Shown one piece after another: positions 1 to 13,300 of a stretch of DNA of 64,000 nt (the stretch's first letter is position 1; the number at the start of each line of letters is the position of its first letter). This stretch comes from Paragordius varius (Eukaryota; Animalia; Nematomorpha). The translations under genes were made by a program, and so were the position numbers. The stretch spans positions 5,704,001-5,768,000 of the forward strand of contig OZ176054.1 in the NCBI GenBank assembly GCA_964247055.1. Reading direction: 5' to 3'. Under the pieces are notes generated by a model. The model did not search any database. It was not told the DNA's origin and saw only the letters and a program-made list of their open reading frames with translations.

Positions 1-1315
1 ATAGGAAAAAAAGAAAAAAATATAGTTTTAAACCATTATTAATGTGATTGATACCGTGTTTATTACAAAATAAAAAATATAGAAGATATAAACTGCACAC
101 ATGTGTACGTAAATGCCAAAAATGGTGTATGACTTGGATTTCAGCCATTTATTGGGGCAGATAATTTTGAAATGAAAGAAAAAATAATTATTAATGGTTA
201 AAAGTGTGACATACTACATATATTAATATTGTTTCAGGTGTTTTTTCGTGAATATTCTCATTCATTCTATTCATATATTTATTATATTAAAAAATATTAT
301 TTTACAGGTTAAATATAAAACAGAGAGAAGTTTACCCATTTTTTGCATTACACATTTTCCAATAATGAAATATCATAATAATTTTTAGGGTGTAATGCTA
401 CTTTATACAGTCGGTTTTTTGACCCATTTATAAATTTAAAATAATAAATGATAGAGTATTCCGAATCTTGTGAAACTGAGATCGTCGCCTTTTTAAAATA
501 AAATTAGGGAAAACGAAATATGTATTGTTTTTTAATAATTTAAGAGCAGTTTCAAATATTAAAGTTTAAAATAATTTTTTGGTGCTTTAAATTAAATTAG
601 GTTTTAGCACCTTTCAAGGTTATGTTTAACTTTAATGTGAAAACAAAATTAAAACCATTCAAAAAAATTACAAAAAAAGTGTAACAAAATTTTTTCCCCA
701 GTTATAAAAACGACAGCGACCGCATTTCAACAGTGTGTCAATTAAGGTCACATTCTATTATTACTTAAAATAATTTAATTAAATTCAAAAAAAAACTATA
801 TTAGGCGGTAAGGTAACACTTGAGTAACGAAGTCCTATTATATATTTTTTAGGATAATTTTAAATATGTTAAAAAAACAGGAAATGATTGTAAAATTTAC
901 TCATCGGAAAGTATGAAAGTTAAAAAATGACGTTTATATTGCCTGTTTGTAAAAGGTCTCTCTCTATATTATGTCAAAATAAAATACCTTTCTCTACATT
1001 AATATTTGTCAAAGAGGCCACTTATTAGGATAGACTTTTTTAAAGATTAACTTTGTAACGCCAAGACAACAGAGTCGCAAAACATCCTTAAGTCAATCCG
1101 CATTATACAATTTATAAAAAAATTACCGATTTTATATAATGTTGTTGGGTACAGTAATAATATCGATTTATATGGAAACGCTATTTAACTATTAAAACTA
1201 GCATAAATATCGCCCAAATATTTAGACATAAACACCATTTTAACAAAAAACATTACTTTATTTAAAATAGTTTTTTTATAACCTAGTATATATCATAAAA
1301 AGTAGTGAAATATAC

Positions 1316-4300
1316 CTCTAAATCATTCTCCAATGTGTAATCTTCTTTGGGTAGCACAATGTTTAGCGTACAGATAGGTGTAAGAGGACCATAGGCCTCC
1401 GATAAAAACACTAACCTTCCCATAGCTTCCTGATTACCATCTTTGATACGGACTTTGAATGGGATACGGTTAAGGTGAAAAGGCATAAATGTAATGGCAA
1501 AATTGGGTGGGACCTTTTCATTATCATTACTATAGTGGGTGGTAAGGCCTGTATTGGTAGGTGGTCCAATGGATTTAGTGATAGTTACCAGATTACCAAA
1601 CAATTCCATGAATAAGGGTTTGTTTTCAATAATCTAACGATGAATAGACAGGATACATATAATTTGCTATGAAAAATAGTTGAAAAACCCTGTTAAATAT
1701 TGGAAATAATTATATTATTTCTCAATCAATAAAATTGATTATTGAGTAAAATGTTGATTCATACCTCAATGTCTTTGCTATGTGCGATTTCTGTGTAACC
1801 TTCTCTTTTCTCCAAACTTCTTTGTCCGGGTCTGTCATCATCAGTAAGGATGAAAGTTCTAACATTTGCTTCCAAGGGATTATCAACCGATCTTTTGGCA
1901 TAAACAACCATTTTCCCCATGTAAGGGACCTATAAAATTTGGGATTAATGTATAAAAAAATATTATGATTGAAGAATGAAAGATTATAAGCCCATACCTT
2001 ATTAACTTCATGATAAACATCTGTAGCATATTTCGCTGCTTCGCTAATGTTTCGACAGTCCATTAACCAAAATCTTATGGATAAATAAAACAAAAGTATT
2101 TGTAAAGAAAATAGATTAGAATATATATGCAAGAGCTACTTAAACGGCATATATTTGTTTTGGTTAATTTATCAAACCATTTTTTTCGACACAGTATTAA
2201 AAAATTAGAATTATTTGTCCTAAAATCATACCACAAACATTTTAATTGGAAAATATTAGAGTTATAATTAATGGAATAATTATAAATATATACCGGGCAG
2301 AAACTGTAGTAGTGAATGACACGTAATCATTAACAAATGTTAGCGGAGTAGATCCAGTGATATCTTCCCATAGAGCTGGCGTTGTACCACCTTTTTAAAT
2401 AATTTCAAAAAATTTCTCATTATAAAATTTCATTCTCTTAACTAATTGAAATATAACCAACTAAAATTTAATAGGGCAATAATCATAATAATTATATAAG
2501 GTGACTAACGAACCTGTTATACTACACAAGAGGCGTAAAGTAGATGCTGCATTGTCATTCCGATCCTCAGTATTAGGATTATTGCCAGTAGTCAATTCAC
2601 CATTCATGCTATTGTAAGTGCTTCCATACGAATTTATCATACCTACAGAATTAAATTTCAAATATATTTAAGCATACATAAATTAAAAGATTGATAAATT
2701 CAATTTTTAGGAGATAATATAACTTAACATATACAAAAATTGTGTAAACATTATATTAAATAATTTTTAGCCATTGAAACAATACCATAGGTCTTTATTT
2801 AAATCAATATATGTTTAAATTAAAAAATACTTGCAAATGCATTTAATTTTAAGTTTAAAGTATATTTTCAAACCAAACATAATATTTATAGCATTTACCT
2901 TTATTAAGAGCTTCTGGTATTGGTATGGTAAGTGTTATTGGCTTATGAAATTTCCTTCTCCTCGGTTCAATTGTGACGATAGGACTTACAGCCACACGAT
3001 TGCTACCCACTATGTTAGCTACCAATTCTGGTGAAACACTTTGAGACTGTTTATGAAAAACATTTATTATTACATATATAAATTTAAATTGTGACGCAAA
3101 AACGCGTTAAATATTTAACTATTTCAATAGCTTTCTTCAAGTGATAAAATTATAAATAAGGAAATAAAATTAATTTTATTTATGTATGATCTGTAAAATC
3201 CTTAGTTGTACACAAGGGCATGTGTTACGTAAAAAATGCCTCAGAATATTACGAGGTATAAATATTATGAATATGAATTACTTCGTGGTACGAAAATTAC
3301 GAATTAGGAGTCCTACCCTTTATGATATGTCAAAGGGATATTTAGGAATGGTAAAAAACAGTATTCATAAAAATATTTGAAATATTTATTGATACACGCT
3401 ATATATTTCTTTGGAAATTTTAAATTTATAACTCAGCATTCTGCAGAAATCTATACATTAATAGCTAAAAATTAATAAATTCCTTATACGCTTTAAAGCC
3501 ATAATTTACATATTTATATATTCGCCCATTTTTTAATACTATTTGCGATTCTTCTGTAATAGAATAAAATGTAAACTTGTAGCCCAATGCGAATTCGTTT
3601 TGTAAGTGCGCCTTCCGGGAATAAAGCTCTAACAGTCGGAGTTGTATTCGTAGAAGTTATTATCCCGCCTTCAGGTCCAATAGTATGTAATTCCTGTCTC
3701 ATGCGACTTATGATGGCAAAATACATGGGGAAATCGGCCGTCAATATACGGGTTATGCGATTCGTATGCAATAAATTATCGTCAGACTCTGTAAAATAAC
3801 GGTTATAAAAACGAAATATTCCATATGCGTTTTTATGGAAAAACATATTGCGGCATTAAACCAATTATGAAGTTTAGGTAAAATAACAAATTCTAGGTAA
3901 CATTTTTTGTATAAGCATTTTTTCTCAATTATTACTTATTTCTCGTTAGTTATAAAGCAAACATTTTTGAAATTGGTGCATTTTGTGATAATCTTAAATT
4001 ATATAAATACCGTCTCCATTATAACTTTGGTTTAAGACTTCTTGCACCGCACTTTCAGAGGCCTCCAACACATGTTCTCTCCACACTTCTCCGTCATCAC
4101 TTCGAAGTATAATGATTTCACGCTCATTGTTTCTCAGTGAAGCAAAATGCGGTATCTCAATAATGACCGGTCTTTAAAATATTATTACATAATAAATTTA
4201 TATATTTTTCTCTATTTACAAAAGTTAAAATATATAGGCGTTAAAAAATATTTGACTAAAAAAAATATGGATATTAGATTAAATCAACTTTCATAATTTA

Positions 4301-7300
4301 AATCTATTTTAATGATATTTAAAATTGTAGTATACTATGATCACATCAATCAGGTTATTTGTACATTTAATCCAAAAATTATATATCTATGGACATGTTA
4401 TAAAATAAATCTCCCAATTTTGTTCAACACCAATCTCCATCATTTATTTATTCATGCATAAAAACCAATATATTTATTGTTAAAAAAACCATGATAATAA
4501 AAAACTATTAGTCAAGTACACATACCCAAGGAATTTTGTTCCGACCGGTCCTAACTCAAGGATTCGACAAGCCAGTCCCTCACCCTCCATTAGAGGTGGT
4601 TGATGGGATAACTTTTCTCTTGTGATAAATTTACACGTAACTCTCAGAGGGCCACAAGCCTTACGCGGAGGTATGATAACACGAACGCCTGAATGACGGC
4701 ATCCTCGCATTGAACCTCCTCGGGCATCAACCATAAAACTCACTAAAAATCTAACATTGTATTAAAAAATGTTATGAAAAAAAAGATGTATAAATATGAG
4801 TCAAACAAAAACGGATTGTATTAATGAAAAATTTTAACCAAAAACCGGATATTCTATAATGGTGTACCATCAAGAATAAAAGAACAACAATATTTATATG
4901 TAAAAAGATAATAGGTAATGTATATGAACAGCTTTAATCATTTTCTTTGGTAATATAAAAAATATGTTCAACTAAGCCCAGACAAAATGGAGCAAATAAA
5001 ATAAATGTGAGCCAGTATTTGCGATACAGGTCATCCAATATGCTACAACTGGATTTCGCAGATAAATCACTATTCAACCAAGCTTTTATTTTAGAAAAGG
5101 ATCCTAATAAAGGCTACTTACTGAAATATGTAAGCATTTACAACTTTCTGCTGCGTCATATTACTTAATTTGTTTAAACGAGTAATCAATAACACGATTG
5201 TAAATTAGTCTTTGAATAAAAAACTTAAAGTTGCATAATCTCTTCATTTCAACCAAGTGAAAATCTAGATTTCATTAAACTTAATTAAATCATATCTGTA
5301 AGGTAAATATTAATAAGAAGTATATGCGAGGGAATCGAAACGGACCATATTATTTTTGGTAACTTAAATCAGGGGTGTTTAACACATATAGTTTCGCGGG
5401 CCTCATTAGAAATATATATGGGCATTTAATAATTTATTAGATTTCAAACATAAGACTGTAAAATATTGAATAAAGCAATTTTTTCTAGTTCCTGTCAATT
5501 GGATTAATTTAAATTTTTTTTAGAAAGTATTAATTTATAGGGATATTTTTGCGAAAACTAATGAATCCCTTTCGATCAGTCCAAAAAATGTTAATTTATA
5601 CAATATATACCTTATTTTTATATAGTTTGCCATATGATATTAATTACTTATTTATAGTGAAATAATTTTATATTTATCTATATATGGCTATATAAAAAAA
5701 TAATAGAAACGATCAAAACTATCTGACCAAATAAAAAGAATGAAAAGACTATTTCGTACGGAATAATTTAATGAAATCTGAGCTAGAGAAAAAATGGTCT
5801 TCAAACCTTAACCAATGACCCTAAAATATACTATATAATTTTTATATGGATATCCATTGTTGAATCTTGGAAACGAAAATACTGTATATAATCAATAAAT
5901 TAGGAAACTCAAAAAGTGGCACGTCACTGCATTGTATCCCATTCCATTTACAAAGATTCAGCAAATGAATCGTGGTTGTGTTGTTGAGGAAATCTGGAAC
6001 GGAATCATTTTTGTCATTTGTTTTGGATATATCCCTGTGTATATTTTGGAGATCATGATTGGAAGGTAAAATATTTTGGACCTCATCTTTTCCCTTTAAA
6101 CATAATGATAATGGGTACACATTCGTATACGTTTCAAAAAATGTATTTGAAGTGCATGGATTTGTTTTATCTGATAATGTATTGTCTGGCAATGTATTAC
6201 ATGAGCTATTCGGCGAATTCAATGCTAAACAAGATATAGAATCAGGGTGATATGTTATGCCGGAATCATATTTGTTAAAACAGATGGGAAACCGTATATT
6301 TGAAGAATCCGGAGAAGATAGAGAACTATTAATATTTATACTATTTTGACTATTTGTAGCATTACAAAACGGGGATAAAGAATAACTGAAATTATTACTG
6401 CACCAGGTTGTAAATAATATGGGATCTATGACTAGCCAATCATACGGAATGTTTATTGAATTTAATGAATTCGATGATGATGATGATAATATTGATATAT
6501 TAACATAATTATTTTTATTTAATATTACACCGGTATTTGAAATTTCGCTATATGGTATGGACTCGGGTAAACTCGTATAATAAGAATAATAATCTGATAG
6601 TTGTGGGTTAATATGGTCCATTTTTGATTTACCATTTGCATTTTTATCAAACGATGTGGTCGTTTTAATTCTAGCTTTACGTTTATACTTGGAGAGGACT
6701 AAATTACGGTCTACACATATAACGTATTCACACTTTACCGGTTTGAAAGTTTGGATTGAAAGAAGGTTAGTAGAACCATTTTTTTGGTTGATTGAGCAAA
6801 CATTGGTCATGATGGCATACAAATACAAATAAATACGAGATTTAAAATCAATCAATCGATTATATTGTTAAATTTAAAAACAACTGTAAAACATGAACTT
6901 TGACTGTATCTGAATACAAACATAAGTGATTTTCATCTCTTTTAATTATTTATGTAATGTTCCCCTTTGGAATATATATACTAAGCACACACCACATCAT
7001 TTATCTATTGCTTAGAAATATGTAGCGAGTGATAAATCAATACGCATATATAAAAATTGAAAGTAATAAAATCTAGGATGTTCAGCGGCACCAGAATTAA
7101 TGGAAAAAATATATGGTTCTCCTAGAAAAAAAATAGGTTGAGAGAGGCTTGGATATAAGATAAAAAAACAATTAATGATTTCGTTTTTTTGTTAAAAAAA
7201 CAACTAGTAATTTCTCTGATATATATACATATAATTTCATAAAAGACCTAACATAAAAAATCTACTTTACATATTATATAAAAAAAATTAATTATGTAAT

Positions 7301-10300
7301 GTATGTATCGAAGATGAAAGGAAGGTAGGTAGGTTGAGTTTAAAGTTAGTTGGCTGTTTAAGTTAAATAAATAAATAAATTATATAGGCTAATAAAATTC
7401 TAATATATAATTATTATGCGTACTTTATGAAAATGGTATCTATCAATAAAATGTAAGAAATCAAAATCAATTACCAAATAAAAATAGCAAATAAAATAAA
7501 AAATTAAATGTAAATTGTTTGTTTTAGTTAATCATAAATTATGTATTGATGTATTTCCAAAAATTATAGTATTGTTTTTATATTTTTAATTTTAATATAT
7601 TATCCAAATTAAAATTGGTGTTGTGAGCTGCACGTTTTTATTAAATAATAAAATTTTTATCAGCATGTGTGTGTTAATGTTAGGAAACCTTGAGATTTTA
7701 TATGAATTAATAATATACATTTAGATTAAAAAAACTTACTTTCTAGTTGGTATTTCGCTGCATAATAATATAGTAAATATAAAATGAATTCTTGAGTGAT
7801 AAAAATTCATATCAAAAAATAAATGTTCAATAATACAAAATTTGAATTGAATATAATTTAACAAGATATATTATTTCGTACCAAAATATTTGTTGAGCGA
7901 CAAACCTATAAAATTCAAATTACCTAATTAAACAATCGAACAATAATGGAAATTTTAATTAGATTTATAATTATTAAAGACTACACAGGTTTAACACTAA
8001 GTCTAACCATAATATAATGGAGGGTCGCAATTTGAATTTTTTTAATTTGATATTGATAAAATCTGTCATTACCAATAACTAACGCGAATTTCAAGAGTTA
8101 GATTTTTAATAACAACAAAAAGTTAAAAAGATACAAAAGGATCTTAATTATCAATAAAACGAACAATAATTTTTCGTTCATTTTAATCACAAGATTTTGA
8201 CTAGTTATTTTAAACGGCGCCCTCACATTCAAGGCATGAATGCATTTCATAACCAATCGAACCCAACTAGACATTTCATTCATTTAGCCACAATAAATAT
8301 AACTCTAGTTTATTTCGCTTTACCTTGATCCAACCATTTATAGATTTTTCATGTAAGGCTTTAAAATTTGGCAGAAAAATTTAATTTTTTACCCCATTTT
8401 TATGGGCGGTTTCTGTACAAGCTCAATGTTATCAATGGTAAGAGTGGATGGATCAATCATTGATTCTCTAACTCTAGCTTCTTCCCTTTTTATTAATTGA
8501 GTAGGTGAGATAACCTCCTCTTGGTAATGTTCTATTTAAAATAAACATATTTTTATTTTAATCATAAATAACTAAGAATAATAGCAATTAATTGTATCTA
8601 CCAAACAAATCGGGGCTGAATTCTGATCGTAAGCCTTGCGATGTTTCCATCAGAGAAAGACGGCCAGACGGCTCCTAAAAATAATAATATTATAGGTGTG
8701 TCAAATCCAACAAAGTTATAACAAAACAGTTTGATAAATTACATTTTCAATTAAAACAGAATTTTTAATTACGTTTTCAGGAAAATAATGAACATTAATA
8801 AAATGTTAATACATCTAAACGGATCGAATCATCTCCCAATGATTTCATTTGTTCCGTCGTAAGATATCGATAGGATTGATCACCCAGAAGAGTATCGTCA
8901 ACTATATTTTTTAAAAAAGAATCGTTTATGTAAGAAGTGATAAAAAAAGAAAGATCAAAATTGCATGCACAAGCTATTAAAATATAAATTACCACTAATA
9001 TCTTTTAGAGCACCCTCATAATGACACAAATAAGCGGGTAAATATTCAGCTTTGAATGACTTTTCCACATCTAAAGCACACATTAACATATATTTAAGCA
9101 TGCAAAAATAATTATTTAACATGTTTGCAAAAATGTAATTTTTAAGACTATGGGTAACAGACAAATACAACAAACACAACCATCAGACATATTTAATATG
9201 GAATAAATCATCAAACAGGTGATAAAATAAAAATAACATTTTTTAAATATAAGCCATAACAAGATGTTATAATTTTAAGCTAAAATTAATAGAACATACA
9301 AGTTTTTATTATAATATTGTAAATAACAATTAAAATTAACATAAAAAATACAATAAAATTTGGTAAAAATGCCAATTAGCCGGGGACAACCTTGATAAAT
9401 CAGTATATACTATGTATTTTAAATAAATATATTGTATTGCACTCTTGTTTCTAATAAATATTTCCACATAGAAAATACTAGATAAGATTAGAAAAGAATT
9501 TTATTTAATCGACATCTATAGTAATTTCTTATATAGTATATACTAATTCGTAAATGCAATAATATTTTATTAAATCAAAACTAGGCAAATACTATTTGGT
9601 ATTAGCATTTACTCGACAAAGACATGGCCATATTAATGATTTTTAGCCCATTTAAAAAAATTAAACATTATATATTTTTTTTTCTTTTTCAATTTTTTTT
9701 TATTTAAAAATTAAAAGAAAACCCAACCTTGTTCATCTTCGTCATCGGAATCGCTAAGGTTTGCAGCTTCCTGCATAGTTTCGGGCGCATTCACTTTATA
9801 CTTTTCTTCGATGGTGGTTGTGGTTGTGGTCGTAGTCATTATAGTTTCCGTCACAACTTTCAACGTTTCAATCAACGAAACGTATCCCAATTTCTGGGCA
9901 ATCGATAGCGCAGTTTGTCCTTGCTAAAACATTGCAATGAAAAAAAAAATAGTCATTTAAATTAGTATCTGATAGATTAATATCAGACGGAACAATTGTA
10001 ACCATTGTATATATATTTTATATTTTTTACCTTTTTTATAAATAATTAACCAATACAATATATTGAAATTATTTCGCACTTAAGGATGGAATCAAAATTT
10101 AACCTCAAAACAGTTAAAACTATTACTTCAAAATTATTACGTAAAACAAATGAACAAAGTATGTATGAAATTTACATTTAAAAAACTAAAAAAACTTAAT
10201 ACTTTTATTCGATTATAAATTAATTTAAATAATGAAAATTTATGATTTATAAAATTTACATTGGTAAGTGTGTTGGGGGATGCATTGTGTTGCAATAATA

Positions 10301-13300
10301 AATTAACGACAGCTGAATGTCCTTGCTGAGCCGCTTGATGTAATGGCGTATATCCCGAATTAACCTAATTCATTTATGGTATAAATTTTAATAGATTAAC
10401 ATATTTAAATGATAAAAAACTAAAATGTGAGATTGGATTGACTTATGAATGCAATAATGACGATAACTGTGAACAGTAGTCATTTACAACAATTTTTAAT
10501 AAATAGTATGTTAAAATAGTTAATTTATGGAATATTTTTTGGATATGAAAAAAGTAAGAGATATTGAAATTAAAACATTTATTTAACATAAATTGCTTTA
10601 TAATTAACACATTTGAAAGAAATAAATTGTTTTATTACAAGACTTTTTTTCGATTATTTTTATCTTTGAACGTTTAAAACTTTACCCTTACTTAAAGATT
10701 ATCATTTAAATATAAAAATAATTAAATGTACTGTTTTTAACGTAGTATCCGCTCCACAATCAAGCAAATAACGGACCGTATTAAGTCGACCAAAATGACA
10801 GGCAGTATGTAAAGGAGTATAACCAGCAACCGTTGCTTTATTAACTAGGGCATGTAATTTGCTACGTTTTTCAACGGGATCGTCTTCGTACGATTGACTC
10901 ACGAAATCAATCAGTAATTTTATACAATCTAATCGATCGTTTTGTGCGGCCAAATGTAATGGAGTTAATCCATTCTAATGCAAACGATAAATAATTTGTT
11001 TAAACAAATTGACTACTTATAATGAATTTGATGCATATATATTGACATAATCTATGGAGGTAAAGAGATATAAAAACATAAATTTTTTATGTAACTAAAG
11101 GAAACACATGATTTTAGGCTGTAAGCCCTAACCAAATTCAATTTTCGCTTAAAATTTCAAAACAAATATAATCATTGAAACGCATAATACATTAATAAAA
11201 AATTTGTTAACTACCAATATCGCAAGTAATTAGAATGTAACGTAACACATTCATAAGTGTGAATTTGGATTGGATAATATGTGTGTGCTATTAACCCAAT
11301 GATATAATTTGGTTGGTTTAATTCCCAAATTTTATCGTATAAACAAAATCATTGATAACGAAAGTAACCTTAGTTTATATAAAAACGACCTAAATCCCTT
11401 ATCAACTTTAAAATTAGATCATGCAGATCGCCGTTTTTTATGAAAAGCGCAGAGTTCCCTTTAAAAATAGTTTTATATTTACAGATAATAAAAAATCTAA
11501 TCAATCCCAAATCAGAATTTATAATGAAATAATCGGATAATGACATACATTAGAGGCAGCAAACGGGTCAGCACCACATTGCAATAAAAAGTTAATCATT
11601 TCAACATTTCCACTCTGAGCGGCTAAATGTAAGGGGGTAAAACCAGATCGTGATTTCGAATTCACGCCTTGAGTGCGCATCTCTGGATTAAGGGCACTCA
11701 CCAACATTCGTGCAATCTTTATCTCATTATTCTTCTTTGCCGCAATGTGGAGTGGTGTGTAACCTGTCAAATATCCCAAAAATTATTATCATTTAGATTA
11801 AATTAAGAACAAACATGAATTGGAACCGAAACCAATATTATTATTAACTTCTTTACAAAAAACCTTTAAACCAGAAAGCGGTTCGTAAGAATTATTGTTT
11901 ATGTTAGAACTATTAAATATCTAAAATGATTTACCTATTTAAAACATTCCCAAAAACAACTCAAACCTAAAACTATTTCCCCACAAAAGAATAAGTAAAT
12001 TTTACAAATTTTTTCAATCGAAACAGCGATGTGAAACAAAAACACGGTTAAAAGTGATTTATAACCCATAACCGAATTCTTGCTATAAACTAAAGTTAAG
12101 CAAATTACAAAGGGCCAAAAAAATATTTTTTTGTTTATACCGATAAAATTATAATGCTGTTTGAGAAATAAAAATTTCAAAATAATAAAAAGATGATATA
12201 CCATTGTTAGCATGTGCCAATGGGTTGGCACCTCTTTCTAATAACAAATTGACGAGTGCGGGTCTATCGTAATGAACTGCCACATGAAGTGGTGTAACAT
12301 CGTTCTACAATATTAATTAAAATAATGCAAATTAAAGATTTGACAAAATGCGATTATTATATGTTATAACTTTTTCTATTTTGTTTCATTAGTTTAACGT
12401 ATAAACTTGTTATTATTACTAATAAAAAAAATGGTTTATAATTAAACTATAAACCTTTACCTTTCCTTTGATATCGACAAATGCGCCCTTATCCAATAAA
12501 AGTTTTGAGACAAGAACTGCTTTGTCTGTTGAATTTTGGTGATCCATGGGACATTTTGCAGCCAAATGTAAAGGTGTGAATCCTTTTTTGGAAAAGCATC
12601 TGAGAAAAAATTTTATATTAATGGTTAGACAAAAAACAATTAATACAGCATGAGTTAAAATATACTCATAGTTTTTCAATTACAATTGCCAGTTATAATT
12701 TGGAGAAAGAAAAGATTTATTAACTATAAATTCGCAAAAAAAACATTTTTATAAACACGAACTTTAGCAATAAATAGTATTTTATGTAAATACTGCCTGT
12801 AGCAATGCATTTACATAGTGTATAGAGACAGAATATCTGTAATTATTTAAACCTTAACCCAAAAATTTAGTAAGTAGTACATATCCTATACAAAAATATA
12901 TAAGTGTCTAAAACTTGCTATTTTGACAATAGTTCAAAATAATTTACAAAAACATAGTAAATCAACTATATTTGGAATTAAGACCCCTATACTTTAAGAG
13001 ACACATACATAAAAACTAAACCAAACAAAAAATGTTCAAAATGCATCTTTGAAAAAGCTAATCACGTCAAATCATGTAAAATTAATAATTTATATACATT
13101 TGGTCATTCAACACGCTTCCATCTTCCACAAAATCTAAGAGGCAAGCCAATGTTTCTGGGTGACCTTCCTTAACAGCCAAATGCAGAGGTGTGTAATGAT
13201 CTGTCGTTAGTGATAAGGGTGATGCCTTATGTTGCAAAAGGAGTAAGGCCGTATCCGTATTACCCAAACGTGATGCAATGTGTAATGGAGTTTGATTCTC

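Noticed and set aside
1-1315. Ankyrin death-domain or tail exons
   Set aside because: No death-domain-like translation found. A 54-nt phase 0/0 candidate near 1127-1180 and a short inverted repeat near 400-760 are too weak to call.
8098-8283. 61-aa minus-strand ORF as an ankyrin alternative first exon
   Set aside because: The only decent donor (AAT|GTGAGG) is phase 0, while the ZU5 exon needs phase 2; no homology.
8323-8357. AG/GT-bounded 35-nt segment in the ankyrin intron
   Set aside because: Inclusion after the phase-2 exon gives an immediate TGA and a frameshift.
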